From an uncultured Candidatus Saccharibacteria bacterium (lineage in GTDB: Bacteria > Patescibacteriota > CALEFQ01), in contig OZ246404.1 in NCBI GenBank assembly GCA_965230955.1, positions 417,184 to 481,183 on the forward strand: DNA of 64,000 nucleotides, given 5' to 3'. The position numbers were made by a program, and so were the translations under genes. Every line of letters begins with the position of its first letter. Position 1 is the stretch's first letter. Under the pieces are notes generated by a model, which saw only the letters and a program-made list of their open reading frames with translations, had not been told where the DNA came from and did not search any database. Positions 29,619 to 38,878 of this stretch are shown here, piece after piece.

Positions 29619-30962
29619 CTTTTGGTTTTTGGCGAGATTTTCGAAGCGGATGCTGTTATCGCGAAAATACATTTCAACTTGTCCGGTCGGGCCATTGCGA
29701 TGTTTGGAAACTATCACATCGGCGATATGTTTGCGGTCGGTGTCGGGATTTTCGCGCTCTTCGCGATAAATAAATAACACGACGTCGGCATCCTGCTCGA
29801 TCGATCCGCTTTCGCGCAAATCGGATAGTTTGGGAATTTGGGGCGAGCGGGATTCGACAGCACGGCTGAGCTGGGAGAGGGCTAAAACCGGAACATTCAG
29901 TTCGCGCGCCAAGCCTTTGAGGGCGCGGGATATTTCAGAAACTTCTTGGACACGATTGTCCGGGTTGCTGCCTTCCATCAGTTGCAAGTAGTCAATGACG
30001 ATGAAACCCAGGTTTTGCTCAAGCTGGAGCCGCCGGGCTTTGGTCCTGATTTCCATGACATTACTGCTGGCGCTATCGTCAATATAGATAGGTGCGTCGG
30101 ACAAGCGTCCCATGGCATCGCCGATCCGGGCGAAATCATCATCCACTCCGGAGTTGCCGAGTTTCCCGGTGCGCATTTTCCAGCTGTCGACTTTGGCTTC
30201 GGAGCACAGTAGACGATCGACCAGCTGCTCTTTGGACATTTCCAAGCTGAAGATGCCGACCGGAACTTTTTCGTTGACCGCGATATGGCGGACGAAATCA
30301 AGCGCCAGGGCGGTTTTTCCGACCGAGGGGCGGGCGGCCAATATAATCAGGTCGGATTTTTGGAGTCCGGACAGGATATTGTCGAGATCCTTGAAGCCGG
30401 TCGGTAAACCGCGTAATTTCCCGCTGGATTTATGGAGATCATCTATCCGATCAAAAGCTTCGACTAAGATGTCTTTTAGCGGTATAAAACGTTCTTTTAA
30501 ATATTTTTGGGAAACGGAAAATAGTTTTTGTTCGGCTTGATCGAGCGTTTTGGCGATTTCCTCGTCTTCGCGAAATCCCAGGGTCCCAATATGGTTGGCG
30601 GCGCCAATAAGTCGCCGAAGAGTCGATTTATCGCTGACAATTTTAGCGTAATGGGTGATATTGCTGGCGGTCGGGACGACATTGACCAGCCGGGTTATAC
30701 TGGTTGAGCCGCCCACGGTTTCCAGCTGCTTTTTTTCCTTGAGCTTGTTGGACAAACTCAAAACATCGATCGGGTCGCGGTGTTCATACAGGTCCAGCAT
30801 AGCTTCATAAACCAGGCGATGGGCGTCTTTGTAAAAATCACTCGGTTCGATCTGGTCGGCGATCTTTACGATGGCGTCTTTGTCCAACATAATAGAGCCG
30901 AGGAGCGATTCTTCGGCCTCGATATTTTGCGGCGGTAATCGATTGGCGTTGTTTGATTCCAT
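29616..30962 (-). CDS. dnaB: Replicative DNA helicase
   Basis: PPQNIEAE, AARPSVGKT, IDYLQL, LSQLSR, DLRESGSIEQDAD, KHRNGPTG; no intein. Confidence 0.97.
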   Translation of the reverse strand: MESNNANRLPPQNIEAEESLLGSIMLDKDAIVKIADQIEPSDFYKDAHRLVYEAMLDLYEHRDPIDVLSLSNKLKEKKQLETVGGSTSITRLVNVVPTASNITHYAKIVSDKSTLRRLIGAANHIGTLGFREDEEIAKTLDQAEQKLFSVSQKYLKERFIPLKDILVEAFDRIDDLHKSSGKLRGLPTGFKDLDNILSGLQKSDLIILAARPSVGKTALALDFVRHIAVNEKVPVGIFSLEMSKEQLVDRLLCSEAKVDSWKMRTGKLGNSGVDDDFARIGDAMGRLSDAPIYIDDSASSNVMEIRTKARRLQLEQNLGFIVIDYLQLMEGSNPDNRVQEVSEISRALKGLARELNVPVLALSQLSRAVESRSPQIPKLSDLRESGSIEQDADVVLFIYREERENPDTDRKHIADVIVSKHRNGPTGQVEMYFRDNSIRFENLAKNQK

Positions 30963-31053
30963 AAACTTCTTTTTAGTATATCACAGGATTTGAGCGCGAC
31001 AAGGGTCGGCGGTAGGCGGGTTTTTGCCCACCTTGCCCACTTTCTTGTGCACA

Positions 31054-31081
31054 TTGACAAAGTACGAAAAACCTGTATAAT
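31054..31081 (+). promoter_or_regulatory. Consensus sigma70 promoter
   Basis: TTGACA-16-TATAAT upstream of the HD-domain gene. Confidence 0.7.
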
Positions 31082-31131
31082 AAGGACAACTAAAGGCTTT
31101 TTGGTTTTTGGAGAAGAGTAATTAGAATAAC

Positions 31132-31668
31132 ATGCCTTATCGGATTGCCCGCTACATTCTGAATTTTTTTCATGCGGTTGAGCATCGTTTTATCGCCCAA
31201 CCGGCGAAAAATGTGCTTAATCGTGAGATTGCCAGCCACCAGGAATTGGTGGCTGATTTGGTTCAGTTGCCGGCGGTGAAGTATACCAAGCGAGTGATGC
31301 ATCATCGCTACCATTCGCGATTTGATCATATGTTGCTATCGAGCAAGTTTGCTTATTACTTTGCTCAAAAAATCGGGGCGAATGTTTGGACCTGCGTTCG
31401 GGCGGCTGTTTTGCATGATGTCTGGACCCAGGGATATCAAGTTCAGCCCGCGGTCGATTTTGCGAAAAAAATCGGTGAAAGCCAGGCGGTACAAGACGCG
31501 ATTGCTTCGCACATGGTGCTGAATAAAGCTCCGCGCACTCGTGAGCAATGGGTGGTGGCTTTTGCCGATGAATGTGCTTGGGCGGTTGAATCTTTGGAAT
31601 TCTTGAAGCACGGCCTCCGTAATTTTTTCGGCTGGCTGGCGCAGGTATCGCCGGTCAATCTCAAATAA
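31132..31668 (+). CDS. HD-domain protein
   Basis: HH..HSRFDH, RAAVLHD, AIASHM, VAFAD. Confidence 0.75.
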   Translation: MPYRIARYILNFFHAVEHRFIAQPAKNVLNREIASHQELVADLVQLPAVKYTKRVMHHRYHSRFDHMLLSSKFAYYFAQKIGANVWTCVRAAVLHDVWTQGYQVQPAVDFAKKIGESQAVQDAIASHMVLNKAPRTREQWVVAFADECAWAVESLEFLKHGLRNFFGWLAQVSPVNLK

Positions 31669-31713
31669 TTTTTTATCGTTTTTCTTAACCGGATTTCCCG
31701 ACATTGGCTCGGA

Positions 31714-32712
31714 TCAAAGTCGGTCGGTTGTTTGCCTGATTTCATTCAAGATTGCTTTGATCTGTTCCAGAGTGTCTACTCGAACTAATTTTTGCCGCCA
31801 CCGGGCGGCATTTTTAAATCCTTTGATATACCAGGCGTAGTGCTTGCGCATTTCCGTAATGGCGCCGGCTTCATTGTGGCGATAAGCGATTTGCAGTTCC
31901 GTATGCTGGAGCATGGTGGCGAGAATCTCATTCAAGGCCGGTTGGAATTTCGGTTCTTTCAGTTTTTTGAAAATAAAGGGATTGCCCAGTGCCGCCTGGC
32001 CGATCAGGACGTATTTGGCGCCGGTCGTTTCTCGAACTTGATTGATGTCGATTGCGGTTCGCAGACCGCCGCTGACAATGATCGGGATAGAGACATGTTT
32101 TGATACTTCAGCGACGGCTGAATAGTCTAGGGGGCCGGTGAAAAATTGTTTTCTCAGCCTCGGGTGGATAATAAGCGCGTCGATCCCGGCCTGTTCGAGC
32201 TTGGGAGCTAAAGTCAGAATGGTCGGCTCTCCATTACCGAGCCTGGTTTTGGCCGAGAGAGGAGTCTGTTTTATTGCCGACTTCACGGCTCGAATGATTT
32301 TTACCGCTAAATCGGGTTTATCCATCAGGGCGACGCCGCTGCCGCTGTTAACCACTTTTCGTACCGGACAGCCCATATTTATATCGATTCCGTCGGGCTG
32401 GAATTTTTCGACGAGTATTTTCGCGGCTTGCGCCATCTCGGCCGGATCATGGCCGAATAATTGGAGGATGATCGGGCGCTCATTTTGTTTGAATCGGCCG
32501 TACTCCAGGCTTTTGGAACCGGTTATCGTTTTTGGGTTTTCCAAATCCCACATTTCTTGGCTTTCGTTTCGGCAGATGCCGGTGGCGCTGATCATTTCAC
32601 TGAAAACAAAATCAGCTCCATATTTTTTACAGAGCTCTCGAAAGGGGGAGTCGGAAATACCCGCCAAGGGGGCGAGGCCGACGGCGTCAGGGGGGAGTTG
32701 GAGCCAAGGCAT
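31714..32712 (-). CDS. dusB: tRNA-dihydrouridine synthase
   Basis: LAPLAG, SEMIS, QLFG, DINMGCP, EMRKH. Confidence 0.9.
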   Translation of the reverse strand: MPWLQLPPDAVGLAPLAGISDSPFRELCKKYGADFVFSEMISATGICRNESQEMWDLENPKTITGSKSLEYGRFKQNERPIILQLFGHDPAEMAQAAKILVEKFQPDGIDINMGCPVRKVVNSGSGVALMDKPDLAVKIIRAVKSAIKQTPLSAKTRLGNGEPTILTLAPKLEQAGIDALIIHPRLRKQFFTGPLDYSAVAEVSKHVSIPIIVSGGLRTAIDINQVRETTGAKYVLIGQAALGNPFIFKKLKEPKFQPALNEILATMLQHTELQIAYRHNEAGAITEMRKHYAWYIKGFKNAARWRQKLVRVDTLEQIKAILNEIRQTTDRL

Positions 32713-32716
32713 AAGA

Positions 32717-32788
32717 CAAGTAACAAGTAACAGCTAACAAGTAACCAAAAAGGATAATTCCAATTTGTTACCTGTTACTTGTTACTTG
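32717..32788. repeat. Inverted heptamer array (AAGTAAC / GTTACTT family)
   Basis: caagtaa caagtaa cagctaa caagtaa ... tgttacc tgttact tgttact tg; overlaps the cysS stop codon. Confidence 0.88.
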
Positions 32789-34212
32789 ATCTTCCAGTCC
32801 GTCCCTTGGGCGTTGTCCTTAATGGTTACGCCTTTATCCAGGAGTTTTTGCCGGATAGAATCAGCGGTCGCGAAATCTTTTTTGGCGCGGGCCGCTTGGC
32901 GGGAAGCGATCAATTTTTCGATTTCCATTTCGGAAATTTTTGCGATGCGCGGATAATAGTTCAGGAAAGCCAGGACTTTATCGAGCCGACGGAGCAAGTT
33001 CAGAATATTTACGGCGTCGGTCTTGGTCAGCTGGTCGGCATCGGCCAGGCGGTTGCCGTTTTTGGCCAGTTCAAAAATCGCATCCAGAGCTTTGGGGGTG
33101 TTTAGGTCGTTATCCAGTGATTCGCGGAATGATTCTTCCGTTTGCGCTATCAGTTCGTCAACTTCCGGGCTGGAGTTGCCGGTGTCGGTGATTTTCGTCA
33201 GCCGTTCTTTAAATTCCACCAGCCGGTTCAGTTTGGTGCGGGCATCGTCCAGTGCTTCCCAGGTGAAATTAAGCCGTGAGCGATAGTGGCCGCTGAAGAT
33301 AAAGAAACGATAAACCAGGGGATCGTAACCTTTTTCTTCCAAGTCGGCTAAAGTATAAATATTCCCTTTGGATTTGGACATTTTGTCCTGATTGATCAGC
33401 ACGAAATAAGAATGGACCCAGTAACGGGCGAATGGTTGCCCGGTGGCTGCCTCGCTTTGAGCGATCTCATTTTCATGGTGGGGAAAAATATGGTCTTCAC
33501 CGCCGGCATGGATATCCATGGTGGTATCAAGGTATTTCATGCTCATGGCGGAACACTCTATATGCCAACCCGGGTATCCTTTGCCCCAGGGAGAATCCCA
33601 TTGCATCAGATGATCTTTTGGGGCGTGCAGCCACAAAGCAAAATCGCCCGGGTGCTTTTTGTCGGGGTGGGCTTCGAGGCGCAGTCCGGTTGTTATTTTA
33701 TCCGGTGTCTGTCCGGAAAGTTTTCCGTACTCTTTGAACTTGGCAATATCGAAAAAAACATTCCCTTTTATTTCGTAGGCAAATCCTTGGTCGACCAGTG
33801 ATTTGATCAGTTTGATCATTTCCGGTATGTGTTTGGTGGCCTGGGGATATTTATGGGCGTGTTCAATCTGGAGTTTATCGATATCGGCCATAAAACTTTG
33901 CGTGTAAAACTCGGCAATTTGAGCCGGGGTTTTTCGCTCAGCTTTGGCGGATTTGATCATTTTTTCTTCACCGCTATCGGCATCATCGGTGAGATGTCCC
34001 ACATCAGTAATGTTCATGATATGACGCACTTCATAGCCGCTATATTCCAGAAAGCGTCTCAAAAAATCCTCTCTCAGGAAAGTTGCAAAATTGCCGATAT
34101 GCGCAAAAAGATAAACGGTTGGTCCGCAGGTGTAAATTTTCACCTTGCCTTTTTCCAAAGGTGTGAACGGCTCAATTTTTTTCGTTAAGGTGTTGTATAG
34201 TTTTAGGGCCAT
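32782..34212 (-). CDS. cysS: Cysteine--tRNA ligase
   Basis: CGPTVY, HIGN, PGWHIECSAM, FPHHENE, KMSKS. Confidence 0.97.
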   Translation of the reverse strand: MALKLYNTLTKKIEPFTPLEKGKVKIYTCGPTVYLFAHIGNFATFLREDFLRRFLEYSGYEVRHIMNITDVGHLTDDADSGEEKMIKSAKAERKTPAQIAEFYTQSFMADIDKLQIEHAHKYPQATKHIPEMIKLIKSLVDQGFAYEIKGNVFFDIAKFKEYGKLSGQTPDKITTGLRLEAHPDKKHPGDFALWLHAPKDHLMQWDSPWGKGYPGWHIECSAMSMKYLDTTMDIHAGGEDHIFPHHENEIAQSEAATGQPFARYWVHSYFVLINQDKMSKSKGNIYTLADLEEKGYDPLVYRFFIFSGHYRSRLNFTWEALDDARTKLNRLVEFKERLTKITDTGNSSPEVDELIAQTEESFRESLDNDLNTPKALDAIFELAKNGNRLADADQLTKTDAVNILNLLRRLDKVLAFLNYYPRIAKISEMEIEKLIASRQAARAKKDFATADSIRQKLLDKGVTIKDNAQGTDWKIK

Positions 34213-34332
34213 GTTAGGGCTTATTTATGCGGTTGATTGATTCTATGTTATCACGACAATTGGGGTTTCGCAAACAACTCGATTTGTGTTATACTAAACA
34301 CAGTTTAAATCTTAATCCAAACAGCGTTTGGA

Positions 34333-34824
34333 ATGTTTAATAATATGGCTACGCCTCTTATCCCCAGCCGGCCGCCGCAACGTGAAGTTTTTTCCGAAAC
34401 TTCTTCATTGGATACGTCCGAAAAAACACCGCGGGACGTTGCCGCCGAAACGACCGAGACTCCAGAAGTTACGCCAGAGACCGTCGAGGCGTCGGCTGAT
34501 GCCGCTATTGCATCCAAAAAAGAGGAGATAAAAGCCGAACCGGTCGCAGAAAGTCTGTCGGCGTCAGCCGGGCCTGTTCCGGCTCCGGTTAAAACACCCA
34601 AGGTCGGCGGTTATGTCAGCGCGGCCGATCTGAAAAATTTAGAGAGCTTGCCCCGGGCCGAGCAGGTGAAATATTTGACCGAGATTGTTTATCAAAAAGG
34701 ATTGGATCGAGCCATCACGACGGTGAAAAATTTAAACGACCCGTATTTGCTCGATTTACTGCATGATACTTTGGTCACGGAATTGTTTCAAAAACTAAAA
34801 GGCCCCCGAGTAAACGAAAAATAA
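34333..34824 (+). CDS. Hypothetical protein (acidic disordered N-terminus; DPYLLDxLHD C-terminal domain)
   Basis: ORF abuts the coupling-type ATPase gene; KGLDRAI...NDPYLLDLLHDTL. Confidence 0.65.
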   Translation: MFNNMATPLIPSRPPQREVFSETSSLDTSEKTPRDVAAETTETPEVTPETVEASADAAIASKKEEIKAEPVAESLSASAGPVPAPVKTPKVGGYVSAADLKNLESLPRAEQVKYLTEIVYQKGLDRAITTVKNLNDPYLLDLLHDTLVTELFQKLKGPRVNEK

Positions 34825-34826
34825 AC

Positions 34827-37331
34827 ATGAATTTTTTGTGGCTTCAGAATATCGATACCGATCCCGCCGCCATGGGGTGGCTGGCCTTTATTGGTTTTAT
34901 TCTGTTGGCGGCCGGCGTGGTTTTGTTGTATCTGTATCGCCATCGAGTCACTCTTCATGATTTACTGGATACGGTTTTGCTGGAGGTGACTTTGCCGAAA
35001 GAATTTTCCGAAAAAGAGGAAGAGGCGAAAAAACAAGAAAAAGAGTTGATCTCTGTCGGGGAGCAGTTTTACGCCTCGCTTGGTTCGCTTATTTCCAAGC
35101 GGCAGCCTTTTATGTCGCCTTCGGTGCATTTTTCTTTGGAGATTGCCGCCTACGACAAGCAAATCTTTTTTTACGTCAATACTCCGCGCCGGTATAAAGA
35201 ATATGTCGAGCGTACGATTCATGCCCAATATGCGAAGGCGGTCATCGAAGAGGTGTCTGATTACAATATTTTTTCTTCGCATGGAGTAGCGGCCGCGACG
35301 GAGATGAAATTGCGCGATCATTCCATGTTGCCTATAAAAACTTATCAAAAGCTTGAATCTGATCCGCTGAGCATGATGACGACGGCTTTCAGTAAATTGG
35401 GTACTAATGAGGGGGCGGCGCTGCAAATCGTTTTTCGGCGGGCGCCTCGCGGTTGGCGCAATAAGGGCTTGAAATTGGCGAAAAAAATGGTTGAAGGTAA
35501 AAGTCCCCAACGATTCGGAGAATCAGCTTCGGAATTCGGACAATCTTTTGGAAAGGAGTGGGGCAAATTGTCCGGGACGGATGATCCCAATAGGATGAAT
35601 AATCCATATGAGAACATGCCTCGGCTCACTCCCGGAGAAGAGGAAAAGGTAAAGGGCATAGAAGAAAAAGCGAACAAAACTGCTTTTGAAGTACGGATTC
35701 GCCTGGTGGCATCGGCTCCAACTCTCGAGGCTGCGCAAAATAATCTGAACAGCTTGATAAATTCCTTTTCCCAATTTGATGTTCCCGAAGGTAATGGTTT
35801 CAAAGACAAAAAATTTATCAATCAGCGCCGAGTGGTAAATGATTATATTTTTCGTAATTTCGGCTGGCCGACTCATTACTACCTGAATACCGAAGAAATG
35901 ACCTCGCTGTTTCATTTCCCGATTCGGACCACCGAGACGCCAACGATCAAGCGTCTGGAGGCCAAGCAGGCGCCGGCGCCGGCCAATACCCCGCAGGAGG
36001 GTATGCCCTTGGGCTTGAATATTTACCGCGGCGTCAAGAAAGACGCCCATCTCAAAGACGAAGATGCCATGAGGCATCTCTATATCGTAGGTAAGACCGG
36101 TATGGGTAAAACCGCCCTGATTGTCAATTTGGCCGCCTATCACATCAAGAAAGGGCGCGGGGTATGTATTATTGATCCCCACGGAGATTTGATCGAAGAT
36201 ACATTGGCGACGATGCCACGCGAGCGCGCCGATGACGTGATAATTTTTGATCCAAGCGATACCGATCGTCCGGTGGGACTAAATATGCTTGATTATGATC
36301 GCAATCATCCGGAGCAAAAAGATTTTGTAGTCGGGGAAATGATCAGGATTTTCGAAAAACTTTTCCCGCCGGAGATGATCGGACCGATGTTTGAACACAA
36401 CATGCGCAATGTCATGCTGACCTTACTCGAAGACGAAGAAAATCCCGGAACGATTGTTGATATCCCGCGGATGTTTACCGATGAAGCATATCAGCGCTAC
36501 AAGCTTCGTTTTGTCAAAGATCCGCTGGTTCGCTCTTTCTGGGAAAAAGAAATGGCGAAAACTTCCGATTTCCATAAATCGGAAATGCTGGGCTATCTGG
36601 TCAGCAAGGTTGGGCGTTTCGTGGAAAATAGCATGATGCGGAATATAATCGGCCAGACCCATTCATCTTTTGATATTCGAGAAGTGATGGATCAGAAAAA
36701 AATATTACTGGTAAATCTTTCCAAGGGCAAAACCGGAGAAATAAACAGTTCTCTCTTGGGCTTGATCTTGGTTTCCAAAATGCAAATGGCCGCGCTGAGT
36801 CGAGCGGATACGACTTCCGGCGAGCGGAATGATTTCTTTTTACTGATTGATGAATTTCAGAACTTCGTGACGGAAAGTATCGCGACTATTTTGTCCGAAG
36901 CGCGCAAATATCGCTTGTCATTGACCATGGCGCACCAGTATGTGGCTCAGCTGGCGGAAAAAAGCGAAGCGGTTCGCGATGCCGTTTTTGGAAATGTCGG
37001 CACGATTCTGGCGATGCGTGTTGGCGCGCCGGATGCGGAGTTTTTAGAAAGTGAATTTGTCCCGACTTTTGATCGATACGATTTGCAAAATGTCGATAAA
37101 TTCAATGCCTACGTCAAAATGCTGATCGATAATAAGGCGACCAAGCCTTTTAACGTCAGATTATATCCTCCGCCGACCAATCGTAACCCGCGGGCGGCGG
37201 AACTGATAAAGCAAATTTCTCGCCTGAAATACGGCAAAGAGCGGTCTCTGGTGGAAAAGGATATCGGTCGACGGATGAAATTGGGAGAGCCGGCTCGCAG
37301 GCCTGATTTGGCGATGGGCAGTTTTAGGTAA
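34827..37331 (+). CDS. Type IV secretion coupling-type (TraD/TrwB/HerA-like) ATPase
   Basis: N-terminal TM, RHLYIVGKTGMGKT (Walker A), IDPHGD, LIDEFQNF (Walker B), SEARKY, AHQY. Confidence 0.88.
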   Translation: MNFLWLQNIDTDPAAMGWLAFIGFILLAAGVVLLYLYRHRVTLHDLLDTVLLEVTLPKEFSEKEEEAKKQEKELISVGEQFYASLGSLISKRQPFMSPSVHFSLEIAAYDKQIFFYVNTPRRYKEYVERTIHAQYAKAVIEEVSDYNIFSSHGVAAATEMKLRDHSMLPIKTYQKLESDPLSMMTTAFSKLGTNEGAALQIVFRRAPRGWRNKGLKLAKKMVEGKSPQRFGESASEFGQSFGKEWGKLSGTDDPNRMNNPYENMPRLTPGEEEKVKGIEEKANKTAFEVRIRLVASAPTLEAAQNNLNSLINSFSQFDVPEGNGFKDKKFINQRRVVNDYIFRNFGWPTHYYLNTEEMTSLFHFPIRTTETPTIKRLEAKQAPAPANTPQEGMPLGLNIYRGVKKDAHLKDEDAMRHLYIVGKTGMGKTALIVNLAAYHIKKGRGVCIIDPHGDLIEDTLATMPRERADDVIIFDPSDTDRPVGLNMLDYDRNHPEQKDFVVGEMIRIFEKLFPPEMIGPMFEHNMRNVMLTLLEDEENPGTIVDIPRMFTDEAYQRYKLRFVKDPLVRSFWEKEMAKTSDFHKSEMLGYLVSKVGRFVENSMMRNIIGQTHSSFDIREVMDQKKILLVNLSKGKTGEINSSLLGLILVSKMQMAALSRADTTSGERNDFFLLIDEFQNFVTESIATILSEARKYRLSLTMAHQYVAQLAEKSEAVRDAVFGNVGTILAMRVGAPDAEFLESEFVPTFDRYDLQNVDKFNAYVKMLIDNKATKPFNVRLYPPPTNRNPRAAELIKQISRLKYGKERSLVEKDIGRRMKLGEPARRPDLAMGSFR

Positions 37332-37355
37332 AGGGCTGTGGCGGACTGACGAAGT

Positions 37356-37457
37356 AATGTCAAATAATAAATAACAAATATCAAATAAAATTCAAATCCC
37401 AATTTAGGAATACTGTTTTCCGAATTGGAGCTTGAATTTTATTGGATATTTGATATT
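37356..37457. repeat. Inverted heptamer array (CAAATAT / ATATTTG family)
   Basis: caaataa taaataa caaatat caaataaaattcaa ... ttgaattttattgg atatttg atatt. Confidence 0.75.
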
Positions 37458-37535
37458 CTTTCCCCCCTTCTTGCCAAATATTTTCGTTTATGATAGGGTA
37501 TTGATACCCAGATAACTTCATACCAAAACAAAAAC

Positions 37536-38201
37536 ATGGAAAATGATAAGCTGTCTTTAGTTAAACAGCGCTTGGAAAGTGCTGAAAAAAGTGTTGCCTC
37601 AGCTCGAAAACTCTTAGAAGATCTGATGAACGGCGTCGGTGTCGACAAGGATTTTAGCGTTGAAAAAATGGCGGAAGGCTTGACCATTGATAAAGAATCT
37701 CGGGTGATTGAGGGCGTTTTTGACGGCGAAAGCATGATGGGACCGGACAAAAATCGCTATCCCGTTCCGGCCAACTATGCCAGTAAATCAAAATTAATCG
37801 AAGGTGATATTTTGAAGCTTACCATTGCCGGCGATGGATCGTTTATTTACAAACAGATCGGTCCGGCGGAGCGGCGCAAGGTCATCGGCAAGCTAGAAAA
37901 AATTCCCGGTGGGGCTTTTCAGGTGGTGGCACCGGAAGGCAAATTTCGAGTATTGCTGGCCAGCGTGACTTATTTCCAGGCGACGGAAGGAGATGATATA
38001 ACCTTGATAATTCCTAAAAATTCCAAATCGGTTTGGGGAGCAGTGGAGAATGTTATTAAGGCTGGAGTCGCTTCCGGGCACGAGGAAAAGAAGCACAAGA
38101 ATAAAGAAAAGGAATTAAAAGAATTGGAACATTCGGCTAATGAAAGTTTGTCGGATCGTTTTGATAACTTAGACGAGTTAGACGGCTTATCCAAAATCTA
38201 A
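37536..38201 (+). CDS. Conserved hypothetical protein
   Basis: IEGVFDG..M.G....YPVPANYASKSKL.EGD.LKL...FIYKQIGP; recalled as a CPR-typical family. Confidence 0.75.
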   Translation: MENDKLSLVKQRLESAEKSVASARKLLEDLMNGVGVDKDFSVEKMAEGLTIDKESRVIEGVFDGESMMGPDKNRYPVPANYASKSKLIEGDILKLTIAGDGSFIYKQIGPAERRKVIGKLEKIPGGAFQVVAPEGKFRVLLASVTYFQATEGDDITLIIPKNSKSVWGAVENVIKAGVASGHEEKKHKNKEKELKELEHSANESLSDRFDNLDELDGLSKI

Positions 38202-38743
38202 TGGAAGCATATTCATCGGTGAATTCAACTCCAGTCGAGCGACCGAGAAAAACGCTGGGTCAGATCTGGCGTTTTGTGGTTATCGGCTTCATGAACATGT
38301 TCATCGATTTGGCGGTGCTGAATCTGTTGATTTGGATTTCCGGAACCGGGCGTACCGGTATTTGGTACTCGGTATTTAAAGCGATGTCTTTCACGATTGC
38401 CGTGGTTAACAGTTATTATTTTAATCGTCGGTGGGTTTTCAGGGGGTTGGAAGGCAAGAAAGTCGCTATCGAGTTTTCTAAATTTATCATTGTCAGTATT
38501 ATCGGGGCGTTTGTTAATGTCGGCGCGGCATCGCTGGTGGCGAATTTCCAAGCTCCGCTCACATCTTTTTTCCAGGCGATTCCCGGGATTAAGCAATTAT
38601 TTGATTGGGGAGTAGCTCTACTCGGAAGAATCACCACTGACGCCTGGGCGACAGTGGGCGGATTGTTTGGTTCGGCGGCGGGACTGATCTGGAATTTCGT
38701 CGGTTACAAATTCTTGGTGTTCATAAAGAAAAGTAAAACGTAA
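38201..38743 (+). CDS. GtrA family membrane protein
   Basis: RFVVIG...IDLAVL, NSYYFNRRWVF, WNFVGYKFLVF. Confidence 0.88.
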   Translation: MEAYSSVNSTPVERPRKTLGQIWRFVVIGFMNMFIDLAVLNLLIWISGTGRTGIWYSVFKAMSFTIAVVNSYYFNRRWVFRGLEGKKVAIEFSKFIIVSIIGAFVNVGAASLVANFQAPLTSFFQAIPGIKQLFDWGVALLGRITTDAWATVGGLFGSAAGLIWNFVGYKFLVFIKKSKT

Positions 38744-38803
38744 AACGAAAAACGTAAAAACGGGCGAATGCCATAATTTTACGTTTTATGTTTTACGTTT
38801 TTA
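38729..38803. repeat. Inverted heptamer array (TAAAACG / CGTTTTA family)
   Basis: taaaacg taaaacg aaaaacg taaaaacg ... ttttacg ttttatg ttttacg ttttta. Confidence 0.85.
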
Positions 38804-38878
38804 ATTATCGTTTCTCGCCAGATTGCCCTTGATCGACCGTGTTGGTTATGATACGATAAGCATAATTAAGTCGCTATT

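Noticed and set aside
29616-30962. Intein in DnaB, or recoded stop codons (genetic code 25)
   Set aside because: DnaB is normal length and colinear; TGA ends conserved genes such as frr, mrdA and lysS
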